Positions 29,931 through 40,175 of a stretch of DNA of 64,000 nt are shown here, in pieces. The position numbers and the translations under genes are program-made. The DNA comes from Peribolospora baueri (taxonomy: Eukaryota). The notes under the pieces were generated by a model that saw only the letters and a program-made list of their open reading frames with translations, was not told the DNA's origin and did not search any database. Where the stretch lies: the NCBI GenBank assembly GCA_029717555.1, contig JAMDHS010000041.1:62001-126000 (forward strand), in the 5' to 3' direction. Each line of letters starts with the position of its first letter. Position 1 is the first letter of the stretch.

Positions 29931-32900
29931 ATGGCCCCTCGCGCCACCGCCTTGCGCTCAAAGCGTTCCAGCCCGTTCTTTCTCTCCTTCGCCGCCCTCG
30001 TCGCTCTCGCCCTCCTCCTGGCAACCATCCCTTATCATGTGACCGCCTTTCCTCTCCACAAGCATCGCCACGTCTCTGCACGCGCGCTCGAAGAAACTCA
30101 AGCCGAGGCGCCCACGGCCTCGTCGTCGTTTGATCTGAGCGCGAGAGGCGTGACGATCCCGTTGAAAAAGCTGCAAGTCAGCCGCGGCATCCATGGTCAG
30201 ATGGTAAGTCCATGAGGGAGGGAATGTACACTCGGCTTGCGTATGCGCGTGATGAGTGAGAGTAGATGGAAGGACGGTGGGACGGGTGGAAGGGCGAGGA
30301 AGATTGGAGGATGGTAACCCAATTCGACCGGGCACACCTAGAGAGCGGATAGAAGTGCGGATGATGGGGCTCTCCTTCTCATAAGGCTCCTTCCCGTAAG
30401 GGTCGGTCCCTCGAAGGGAGAAACAGCTTCCCGCTGACGCCACATCGTCGTCTTTTTCACCCGGCAGTCGCTCCAACAACACCTCAATCGCGCCCGCGCT
30501 CGTCTGATCACCATGACCGTACGCTCTCCTGCCTCTCTCGTTCGTCGTGACGCCTCCGGCCTGAGCCTGGAAGACGAGCTTGCGCAACAGCGCCGCGCCG
30601 GCGAAGCTGCCCTGGCCCAGCGCAGGGACGACATCCTCTCGGGTCGCAACCTGGAGCGCCTCACCCCCGTAGGCCCGGCGCTACCGCTTGAGCAGAAGCG
30701 CTCGAACCCTCGTCTCGGTCACGCTGCCAGCACGGCCGTGACAACGGGCGAGCGCGGCTTGCTCGCAGTCAGCGAGTGGCTCAAGCGTCGCATTGTGGGA
30801 AGCCAGCCGGTGGAGGTGGACGAGACGCAGCTTCAGCAACTCGCGGCCGTACGCGGCTCCAGCTCGCCCGGCGCCGCTGCGTCCCAAGCGTCTGGTGCTG
30901 ACGAGGGCAACACCGCCGGCTTTTCCAATGCCGACCTACAGGCTGCCAACAACGGTGGCCTCACACCGTCCACCAACCCCACCGCTTCTGGCTCCCTGGG
31001 TTTGGAGATCGAGGTCAGTCTGGTGTTGCATGCAGGCTCGGCTGCCTGTTTATGACGTTTGTGTTGAACTTGACGTCTTTGTGTGCCCATTTTTTTTAAC
31101 CGCAGGCCAACGACGTGGGTTATATCGCCCCCGTTCAGATGGGGAGCTCCAAAACTCAATTCCTCATGCTGGTACGTCGCTTTCTGTCTTCCCTTGCCGT
31201 CAACCTCTCGACGTTTGTCAGTGCCATCTGTATCTGTTGCTGACGCGTCCCTCTCCTTTCGCCCCGCCATTTCCAATGACACAGATGGACTCTGGTTCCG
31301 CGGACACTTGGTGAGAGCCTGACGGATGACATTTGACCCCTCCAACGATGAACGTGAGCGCAAGTCCTCCATCCTGACTTGAATGTGCTGACCTTTGCCT
31401 CTGCGCCCTTGTCTAAATCGCAGGGTTTCCGGAGGCAACTGCAATTCGTGCGGCCCGCACAACGTGTTGGGCGCCAAGACTTCTACGTCCTTCCAGAACT
31501 CCAACACGCCCTTCTCTGTCACGTACGGCACCGGTAATGTCAACGGTACGCTTTGCAGGGACGACATGACCATCGCTGGCATGACTCTTAAAGCTCATAT
31601 CTTCGGGTAAGTCCCGCTTGGGATCGGTCTCTCGGTCTCGGTTGGCGTCCTTGTTGTTCACTTAAAAGCCGATCACCGATTATCTCGCGGATTTACGTGT
31701 TTGGTGGGGACTCCATAGGACCACCACTAAAGAATCGCCCGACTTTGGTGCCAGCGATGTGCCTTTCGATGGTTTGATGGGCCTGGCTAAATCTTCGTTG
31801 TCCGAACAGCGCACGGCCACGCCGATCGAGTCGCTGGCGGTGAACAACCTCGTCTCGCAGCCCGTGATGGGCTATAAATTGGGCCGCGTTGCCGACGGTA
31901 GCGACGGTGAGATCACCTTTGGCGGCGTAGACACGACCAAGTTCACCGGACAGCTCGTCGAAGTGGACAACGTCAGCCAGCAGGGCTTCTGGGAGGCCAA
32001 TGTGGACGGCTTCAGTGTGGATGGCAAGGACGTCGGTCTCAAAGGGCGGACTGCGATTCTCGACACCGGCACCTCGCTCATCGTTGCCCCTCACAAAGAC
32101 GCCCAGACCATTCACGCCGCCATTCCTGGCTCAAAGTCGGACGGCCAGGGCGGCTTTACCGTTCCGTGCACGACGAGCGCAAAGGTCGCTTTGACAATAG
32201 GCGGCCAGGCCTTCAACATTGACCCGAGGGACCTCGCTTTCCTTCCGGTTAACACGAACGATCTGACGGGTGACGTGAGTAGGCGATGTGCAGAGTCATC
32301 GCGAGGACCCCGCGCTGATCGCCCGATTCGGTCTCTTGCCTTCCCTAACCATCGTTCGCCAGTGCACGTCCGGCATCTCTGCGGGTGAGATTGGCGGTGC
32401 ACAGGAATGGCTCGTGGGAGATGTCTTCTTGAAGAGCGTAAGTCTTATCGTGCCCGGCAATCTCGCCCTAGGCTTTCGCGGCGCTCACCCCCCTTCCCTC
32501 TGGCCCCCCACGTAGGTCTACTTCGCCACCAATGTCAACTCCAACACTATTGGCCTCGCACCTTCGGTACAAAAGACCACCGCCGCCACAGGGCGTTAGT
32601 GCCGCTTCCCCTTCCCTTGGGCATGGTCAGACCTCCCCAATCCCCCCACCTTGCCACTCTCATCCCACGCGCGATCTCTTTGGCTTACGAACCGCACGTC
32701 GGCTTTTGCGTCCTTCTTCGCTGCCACAGAATCCGGTAAACAAGCGACCGCCAACGCTGCGATCGCCAATGGTACGTCCGTCAAGAATTTCCCCGTGGAG
32801 GCGCTCACGACCAACGAGGGCGCCAAGTCTTCAGCGTCCCCGTCCGTCCGGTCGGCCGTCTCGTCCCTCAACGGACTCGCTTCGCTTCTCGTAGCTAACT

Positions 32901-32932
32901 TGGCCGTGGCGATTTGGTTGGTTGCGGCTTAG
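29931..32932 (+). CDS. Secreted pepsin-like (A1) aspartic protease with long propeptide and probable GPI-type C-terminus
   Basis: Signal peptide; ANDVGYIAPVQMG; catalytic MDSGSADTW (26-nt exon 31285-31310) and AILDTGTSLI; flap YGTG; FDGLMGLA; WLVGDVFLKSVYF. The last exon 32730-32932 ends in a hydrophobic tail. Confidence 0.92.
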
Positions 32933-33801
32933 GGAGAAGGAAGGAACCCCGCAATGTAACATAAGCTTTTGACGCCCCCATCCCTCGCTCGGGACACCTT
33001 TGCGTGGCCCGTTCCATTTTTTTGTCGTCGTTTCGTGTCGCTATTCGTTGAATAGGGCTGCCGCCGTCAGTGGTATTCATCGCACGCGCGCGCCTGTATT
33101 TTGCCATATGAACGCCTGCAACGGCCCATCCTACCTACCTTCCTACCTTCCTTTGCACACCTCTCCCCGCCAAAGTGACCGACCGCAGTTTGTCCTCCCC
33201 CGTTCCGGTGCCGCAAACGGGAACGCCACTTGGGCAAAGGCAAGATGTCGGTCTTCAAGTCGGTCGGGCCTACGACCTTCTTGCAAAGCGGTTGAGGTTC
33301 AGCATGGGCCGAGGGCGATCAGCCGGAGGTGCCCCAATCGGCGGCCACCTCGTGTCGTTCGTCCGCGTACCACTGCCGCCTAGCGCTTTTTATTTCATAG
33401 GACCGCTTGAAAGGAAGGAAGAGTCGGCCGTCGTGACTACATGTGGGCTGGGAATGCGCATGGCAAAGTCATTGACAAGGTCGGGCTGACTCGCAGAACA
33501 AAAAAAGCACTCCACCGAGCCCTGCCAGTCCTGTCCGTAGCGTGTAGCGACAACAAACGGACTGACCGAGCACCCGAACGATGAATTAGCAAAGCGCGCT
33601 CTGCTCCCGTTCTGTCCCTTCACCATTTGTTGACGTCTATACTAAGAATCGTCAGATGTCCGTGACGCTTGGGGCACAAATGCACAGGGTTGGCTTGCTC
33701 CAGGGCGGCCCCGGGAGTCGAAGTCGAACGCGAGTTCAAATCCAGGTCTGGATAGATCCTCATTCCTCTGTCCTCGGAACCGTTCGAGATCGTCCTTCGC
33801 G

Positions 33802-35037
33802 TCAACTGGGCATTTCCGAAGCAGGCTCACCGCTGACGGCGTTGTATTTCGCCCAATAGTCCTCCTCTTCCTTCTTCGCCTTAGCCCTCGCTTCGTCCGC
33901 GTCGTCCATTTGGGAGACGTCTGGACCCGCCCCTTCTCCGTCACCACCCTCATCATCATCGCTCCAACCAGCCCAGAAGTCGTCGGCAGTCTGGATGAGT
34001 TCGCTGCTAGCTCTCCGTGAGTCCTCCGCGCCAGGGACCGTTCCGTCCATGCCCAACAACGAACTCATACCAGGACCTGTCTCGTCGGCGCGCGGACTTT
34101 TGGCATCCTCAATGGAGCTCAGCTGGTCACTCCACTCTTGTGTTGACGTTGCCATGGCCGGCCAGCTGAGCAATGAGGAAGTGGGAGCCAAGTCCGCGAG
34201 GGCAAACGCGGGTACTGGTGGAGTTGGAGAAATGGTCCCATCGGAGCTAACGTTGAAGGCGCTATCATCGACGGGACCTAAGGCCCATGGAGAGGCTGAT
34301 GATGAAGGACTCGGAGCCCAAGGATCCAAAGAAGCGGATCGAGCGTGTCCTGACGCCTCTGTCGGTGTGGCGTACCAAGTCCCGGGCAAAGTGGACGAGA
34401 GATGGAGGTCATCATACTTCCAGCTCGCCTCCAGTTCCGCCGAGGTTGTCGGGTGCTCGTCTATCACTGATATGCCGTCCATGGTGGCATCCTGTCCCGT
34501 TCCTAAAGCTGAACTGCCGATTCCGGCGGCGGTAGCGGCTGCCAGCAAAGCATGGGGCTCCGTAGACTCGTCCTCCCAGACGAGCACGAGCTCCAGGGCA
34601 GCGTCCTCATCGTCGATCTTGTCTTGCACACCGATCCTCGCCTCCGCTCCCAACGGGACAGAAGCCTTAAAAATGCCCTCCTCTGGACACGAAAACTTCG
34701 GTGCGCCAACGACGTCCTCTCCGTGCACCTCCACCTCCACCCGCAGCAAGCGCACTCTATCCCACACCGCTTCGCGCCTGCCCAATGAAACCTCCCCCGC
34801 TTCACTGACGCTCCCTCCTTGCGCCGCCACGCCTTCTTCCGCACCAGAAACGAGGTACACTTCGGGTGCATCAGAGGGATCGACGGGGACGAAGTGCTGT
34901 CGGGCTCGAAACGCGCCAGAGACGAGCGAGGAGGGCAGGTAAGGCGGGACGGAGACGAGGTGAGGGAGGAGGCGGAGCGCCGCCTGGCGGGCGCTTGAGG
35001 CCCACGCGGGAGGAGGAGCTGTCGGCGCCGAGGTCAT
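33802..35037 (-). CDS. Hypothetical acidic protein, intronless, 411 aa
   Basis: ATG-started ORF with protein-like composition and aromatic/acidic blocks (WKYDDLHL, DDFWAGWSDDDE, EEEDYWAKY); fills the space between neighbouring genes. Confidence 0.75.
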   Translation of the reverse strand: MTSAPTAPPPAWASSARQAALRLLPHLVSVPPYLPSSLVSGAFRARQHFVPVDPSDAPEVYLVSGAEEGVAAQGGSVSEAGEVSLGRREAVWDRVRLLRVEVEVHGEDVVGAPKFSCPEEGIFKASVPLGAEARIGVQDKIDDEDAALELVLVWEDESTEPHALLAAATAAGIGSSALGTGQDATMDGISVIDEHPTTSAELEASWKYDDLHLSSTLPGTWYATPTEASGHARSASLDPWAPSPSSSASPWALGPVDDSAFNVSSDGTISPTPPVPAFALADLAPTSSLLSWPAMATSTQEWSDQLSSIEDAKSPRADETGPGMSSLLGMDGTVPGAEDSRRASSELIQTADDFWAGWSDDDEGGDGEGAGPDVSQMDDADEARAKAKKEEEDYWAKYNAVSGEPASEMPS

Positions 35038-35579
35038 GTCGCACAGTACCAGTTAGCTAGTCGTCTTCGAGCGGGCGATCAGTTGAAGTTGACCTGACGG
35101 CATGTCAAGAATGATGGCTCTTCGTTCCTCTTCCGAGCCAGACTTGTAGTTGTTCTCCGTTACTACATCCGCTTACACCCGGCGCGCACGGGCCCCCTCA
35201 TGTGATCGGACGAGCGTAAGGAAAGGCTCGAAGGGACGACGTACAGGCAATCGTCATTTCATCAAGGGTCGACTAGAACACAAAGCGACACAGACAGGCA
35301 AGCTGCCAACGATAGATCATGTGGGTAGAGACGGATTGAAACAAAGGGTCAAAGGGAAATGAACACAGACACGAGGCCGGTAAACGGCCGCGAGATGATG
35401 AGGACAAAAGCCAGGATGAAGGAAGATAAAGCAGTAGGGAGCGTGCGTGCGACTTCCGCTCGAGACGTGGAGGTCAAGAGTTGAATGAACAGAGTATAGA
35501 CGAACAGAGCCAAGAGTAAGCGAAATCAAGTCGCGGGGAAGGGGTTGCAAAAACCCATGATTGAGGCGGGCGATGGCCG

Positions 35580-37742
35580 TCAGAGCAAGAAAATGGACCT
35601 CCTAGACTCAGTCTGGAGCCTCTCCAGCTCATGGTTGACTATGGTCATATCGACCTGTGAGGCATCATATCCACCTGCGGAGCCAGGTAAGTCATAAGAA
35701 GACAAGGCCGATGCCGAGGAGACGGCGCGAGGAGACGGAGCCAGGGAAGACCAACCAGTGCTGCTGACGCTGGCGTCGTACATAGCTTCGTCGGAGTCGA
35801 ACGCTCTTGGCGAGGAATGTAGCGAGGTGCTGCCGAGGAGGCGAGGGGACGGAAGACTGGTGCCGTCACCGCCCCAGGCAGATGCGCTTGCGTCCAAAGC
35901 CACCGAAGCCCAGCGCTCTTCGCCGCTGTGTGGGCCACCGGCAAGGACAAGGCCGGAAGCAGACGTGGGGGAAGGCGAAAGGTTGAGAGACGGCATGATC
36001 ATCCCGTCCGGGTCGCTCTCGTGCATGCCTTCAAGGCCGAGACCTATGACACTCTCAACCTCTGCCTCTTCCTCACTCGCAGGGAACATCGACATCGGCT
36101 CCGACTTGACTGAGGGAGAAGCGCTGAACGCGACCATCCAAGCGTCGCTGTGGCTTGGGGGAGAAGTGACCATTGGAGAGGCGACCGGGGATAGCGAGGC
36201 ATATACGTCTTCCCAATCGGTCGCCACCGGCGGAGCTAAGGCTGTAGGAGACTTGTCCGGCGACTCGGACGGATGGTCGGAAGACGAAGGAGGGGAGAGA
36301 GAGTGACGGATTACACTCTCCACTGCGCTCTCTTCTTCCTCCGTTGTGCTGATCCCACCACTGCTCGATCGCCGAGAAAGACCGTCGGAGCGGGAAGCGG
36401 ACGTCTTGACCTCGACGATTTCGAACCATCTTCCGTTCCTGGCGCTTGTATCATCGACCCAAGAGCGTCCCAGCAATTGCTTGACCTGAGCCTTAGTGCT
36501 TCCTTTGAAGCTGACTCTCACAGCGAACCCATGTCCACCATTGGGCTGACCGGAGTTAGTGTCAAGGAGGTCCAACGGCGAATTGTCGTGTATGCCCGCT
36601 GGGCCCACCAGAGCCACCTGGACGCCCTCCAGCCCCAGCACGCCCGTGTCCTCCAGCCGTCGTACTATGCCGCCCACGCGAGCGGCGTGCGTCTCGTACG
36701 CTTGATGCAGCTGGTAGAGGTCGTGCACTAGCGAGGCGGATACCAGAGGGTCATCACGGGCAGCAAAATCGCCTGCACCACTGTGTAGGGAGGAGAGACC
36801 AGAGGCGTTGGAGGAGAGCAGGGCAGCCAAGCAGGGGTCGAGAGGAATGAGAACGTGTGTGGTCACTTCTCCCAACGACTCGTCGGCCGCGGGGGCCTGG
36901 GAAGACTGGGGGGGCTTGAAGAAGTGCTTGAGTGCTTTCTCCTTGCGAGCACGTCGGACGTCCTCCTTGCTCGTGACGTCGGCGGCAGAAGTGCACCCAT
37001 AGACGAACGACGACGTGCGTGCGTTCATCCGCCTGGCCTTCTCGGGCGTGCCACCAACATTAACGCTTTCCTTGCCAAAAGGCTTGCCGGCAACACGGCC
37101 CTGACGAGCGCGTTTCATTTTGCCAAACTTCTCGGCCTCATCCTCTGCCTCATCAGCGAGAGCTCGCAAAGTGAGGGGAGCATTGTGTACGAGGTTTTGG
37201 AAGATGGGGCGGGAAGAAGTGAAGGTTCGGGCGGTTCCTAGGCCCACTTGTCCGATGCCGCGAGAGACAGCCGAGGGAACCGGAAGACGAGGGCCGAAGC
37301 GAACCGCTCCTCCGCCGAGACGATTAGCTGCGCCAGCAAAAGAAGGTCTGGCTGCCGAACCGAAGCCACGGAAGGCAAAGGCATGCGCAGGAGCGTGAGC
37401 GCCGCCGCCAACGGTACGGCCAGAGGCAGACGAGGCGACGGTGCGGAAAACGGGCGCGACGAATTGAAGCAAGCTTCTGAAACGACCCGTGAGCCTCTGA
37501 GCGAAGGTGCGCGGTGCCGCGGATGCGCTATAAGCCCTCACAGAGGCAAGATTGCGGCGAGATTGTGGTTGAAGATTCGATTGGGATTGTAGCTGTGGAC
37601 GAGCCGTTGTCGATGACCGTCCCGGGCCGAGCCCTGGCACCGTTCGTCCCACGCCAGCATGATGCTGAGCATGAGCGGCGGCTCGTCCGGGGGCCTTGAG
37701 CGCTGGCCCCGCCACGCGGGCGAGGGTCGCGCTGGGCAGCAT
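35580..37742 (-). CDS. Hypothetical protein, intronless, 720 aa, with Arg/Ala/Phe-rich mitochondrial-presequence-like N-terminus
   Basis: Long ATG-started ORF. No acidic residues in roughly the first 195 aa; motif VGLGTARTFTSSRPIFQNLVHNAP; Ser/Pro-rich C-half. Confidence 0.8.
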   Translation of the reverse strand: MLPSATLARVAGPALKAPGRAAAHAQHHAGVGRTVPGLGPGRSSTTARPQLQSQSNLQPQSRRNLASVRAYSASAAPRTFAQRLTGRFRSLLQFVAPVFRTVASSASGRTVGGGAHAPAHAFAFRGFGSAARPSFAGAANRLGGGAVRFGPRLPVPSAVSRGIGQVGLGTARTFTSSRPIFQNLVHNAPLTLRALADEAEDEAEKFGKMKRARQGRVAGKPFGKESVNVGGTPEKARRMNARTSSFVYGCTSAADVTSKEDVRRARKEKALKHFFKPPQSSQAPAADESLGEVTTHVLIPLDPCLAALLSSNASGLSSLHSGAGDFAARDDPLVSASLVHDLYQLHQAYETHAARVGGIVRRLEDTGVLGLEGVQVALVGPAGIHDNSPLDLLDTNSGQPNGGHGFAVRVSFKGSTKAQVKQLLGRSWVDDTSARNGRWFEIVEVKTSASRSDGLSRRSSSGGISTTEEEESAVESVIRHSLSPPSSSDHPSESPDKSPTALAPPVATDWEDVYASLSPVASPMVTSPPSHSDAWMVAFSASPSVKSEPMSMFPASEEEAEVESVIGLGLEGMHESDPDGMIMPSLNLSPSPTSASGLVLAGGPHSGEERWASVALDASASAWGGDGTSLPSPRLLGSTSLHSSPRAFDSDEAMYDASVSSTGWSSLAPSPRAVSSASALSSYDLPGSAGGYDASQVDMTIVNHELERLQTESRRSIFLL

Positions 37743-38011
37743 TCCGAAGAGAAGCTCGCTGCTCGAGCACAGAAGATGCGAGGTGGGAAACAGGCCAGTC
37801 GAAGAGGGAAAGACGAAGAATCGGTGAGGTGCTACTGGAAGAGGACAAGAGGTGGCGAAGCTCGAATGGGCCGACCTTTTATCAGTAGTCGCCGGGGTCG
37901 ATGATCGCGGCTATCCCCGCGCATGGCCGCCCCCATGGCACGTGAACGCGCGTCGTTTCGACCTCGGCCGGCACAGGTCCTCCCCTCCTGCCGCAGCCTT
38001 TGCCGGCAGGC

Positions 38012-39653
38012 ATGGCCTTCGTACCACCACCACCGTCGATCGCTTGGAGAGGCGCTCGCATTCTCCGGCGCCGTCCCGCCGTCGTCTCGCTCGGCTTCCA
38101 GCGACCTTGGCTGGCGTCCAGGAGCGGATCAATTGATGTGTTCGGACATGCTCCCGCTGCTTTTCGCCCAGTCTCTACCGAAGCTGCCCCCCAGGCTGCA
38201 TCCTCGCCGCCTCCTTCGCGGCGACGCTCGTCCCTGGGCCGGCGGTTTAGGGTGGCCGTCTTGCTCGCCAGCGGAGTCGCCGCCGTGACCTTGTGGGCGT
38301 CGACCTCTTCTTCGTCTACTCCCCGGCTCACACCTTATGCTTTCACGCGCCTCACCGTCCACTCTGTCGAATCGCACACCCGAGACAGCAAGATCATCTC
38401 GCTTGCTTTGCCCGCCTCGCTCCTTCCCGTGCCGCCCGCACGGAACGAGGGAGACATTTCCTCCGAATGGCTCGCTCAAGGGCCTATCCAGAGCATCTTC
38501 ATTAAGGAGCCGAGCTTGCAGATTGAGCGTGCCTACACTCCTCTCGACGACTTCGATAGGTGCGAGAAGGCGGGCCCATCCCGCGATGCCGACCACCTGG
38601 TGCGCATCCTTGTCAAGCGGTATGAAGACGGGGAGGTATCCAGGTACCTCCATCGCCTTCAAGCTGGAGATTCTGTCGAAATACGAGGGCCCGTAAAGAG
38701 CTGGCCTTGGGAGGAAGGCAAGTATGACGATGTAGCCATGGTAGGTCAGCCGGTCCTTAATCGTGACCGTTCATGCAATGAATGGCCGTGAAATGGCTCC
38801 TGTCGGCTCACAACCTTGCGACTCTGGACTCGCTCTTGTTTGCCAATGGTTACAGATCGTCGGAGGAACAGGTATCACCCCCGCCTACCAACTGTTGCAG
38901 TCCCAACTCGCCTCCACTGCCGCCGACAGTCTACGCCGACCTCGCTTTACTCTCCTGTACGCCAGCCCCTCGCCTTCCACGGTCCTGCTCAGGCGCGAGC
39001 TAGACCGGCTCAGGGCTGCTCATCCGGATCGGGTCAGGCTGGCCTACTTCGTCGACCGACTCGACGAAGGGGATGCCCTTCCGCATCTCACAACGTCTAT
39101 CCCCGACCCTTCACTTTGGAGCCGGATAGCCTCCATCTTCTCTTTCTCTTCCCCCCCTTCGAACTCCCTTTCGAAGCAGTTGGCGGCAGAAGAAGAAGCG
39201 AAGAGGCGTCTCGGATTGGAGAAGATAGGGAGGATGGACGAGTCCGACCTGCACCGATGGCTTCCATCCCCTCGATCTTGGGATTCGTCCTCCACAAGCC
39301 ACGGCGACCCCGGTCCTTCAGAAGGGACGGCGAAGGGACCGCAAGTATCGCAGGTAGATGCGGAAGGAAGGAAGAGTGGAAACGCCATCGTGCTCGTCTG
39401 TGGACCGGATGCGTGAGCGAACTTCTCTCGTTCTTTTTCTTGCACCCCTCTTATCGCTCACGTTGCTTTTCCCCGCCCGCTCTGCTACACTTCTTTTCCG
39501 GTCTACCTGTTTCGCCCCGCTCCTTCGTCTCCCCCACCCAGAATGGTCGCCGCGATATCAGGCCCTCGCTCCCGCGACGGGCGTTCTCAAGGCCCCCTGC
39601 GCGGGATGCTAGGTCAGCTGAGATACCGCCCTGAGGAGGTCTTCAAGCTTTGA
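38012..39653 (+). CDS. Cytochrome-b5-reductase-family flavoprotein, CYC2-like
   Basis: Presequence-like start plus TM (VAVLLASGVAAVTLW). FAD motif LQIERAYTPL; VKRYEDGEVSRYL; EIRGP; NAD motifs IVGGTGITPAYQ and VLVCGPD; C-terminal SQGPLRGMLGQL...VFKL*. Two introns. Confidence 0.88.
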
Positions 39654-39797
39654 ACATGGTGAGACCGCAGTCGCTCTCGTCTTCTGGCGTCACCCGTGAG
39701 ACTATGTAATACCTGCCAAGTGCCGCCAGCCGTCTAGGATTAGGAATAGATTAGATACTCGTCCCATCAAAGATAGTTCGTCCTGACGAGAGCAGTA

Positions 39798-39822
39798 TAG
39801 TATATATATGTGTGTGTGTGAG
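39798..39822. repeat. (TA)n(TG)n microsatellite in the convergent 3' region of the CYC2-like gene and EFR3
   Basis: tatatatatgtgtgtgtgtg seen directly. Confidence 0.8.
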
Positions 39823-40175
39823 TGAAGACCTCGGACGTGGAGCGCAAGAAGAGCCGACGGAGAAAAAGTGTAGAGGGTAAAGAGCGCGGGTTAGATGCTA
39901 ATGTTAGTCTCTACTGCTATCATGTCGGGCGAGGCGCCGGTGCAGAGACGCTCAAGTCGATCTAACACAAAAGTCCAGACGTGGATGGAGGCGGAAAGGA
40001 CGGGAACACAACGGTAAAGGAGTGTGACGGAGTGCGGGCACTCGGGATGGGCGAGAGAGCTCCAACGCTCACAGAGCGGAGTGAGTAGGGAATAGAGAAA
40101 AGAGAAGGAATGAGAATTGTGTGGATTTTCTCAATGGAGAGAAAGCAAGCTAGCTGCAGAGACGTCTGCCAGGTC

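Noticed and set aside
33730..33750. GTTCAAATCC resembling a tRNA T-loop / B-box
   Set aside because: Flanks do not form a T-stem and no cloverleaf can be built.
33995..34942. 315-aa antisense ORF opposite the 411-aa hypothetical gene
   Set aside because: Ser/Ala-rich mirror-frame translation typical of GC-rich coding DNA.
39640..39653. C-terminal FKL of the CYC2-like protein (and RKL of Dcp2) as peroxisomal PTS1
   Set aside because: VFK[LF] is the normal cytochrome-b5-reductase-family terminus, and RKL is non-canonical. No TGA-CTA readthrough context was seen at the stop codons I checked.
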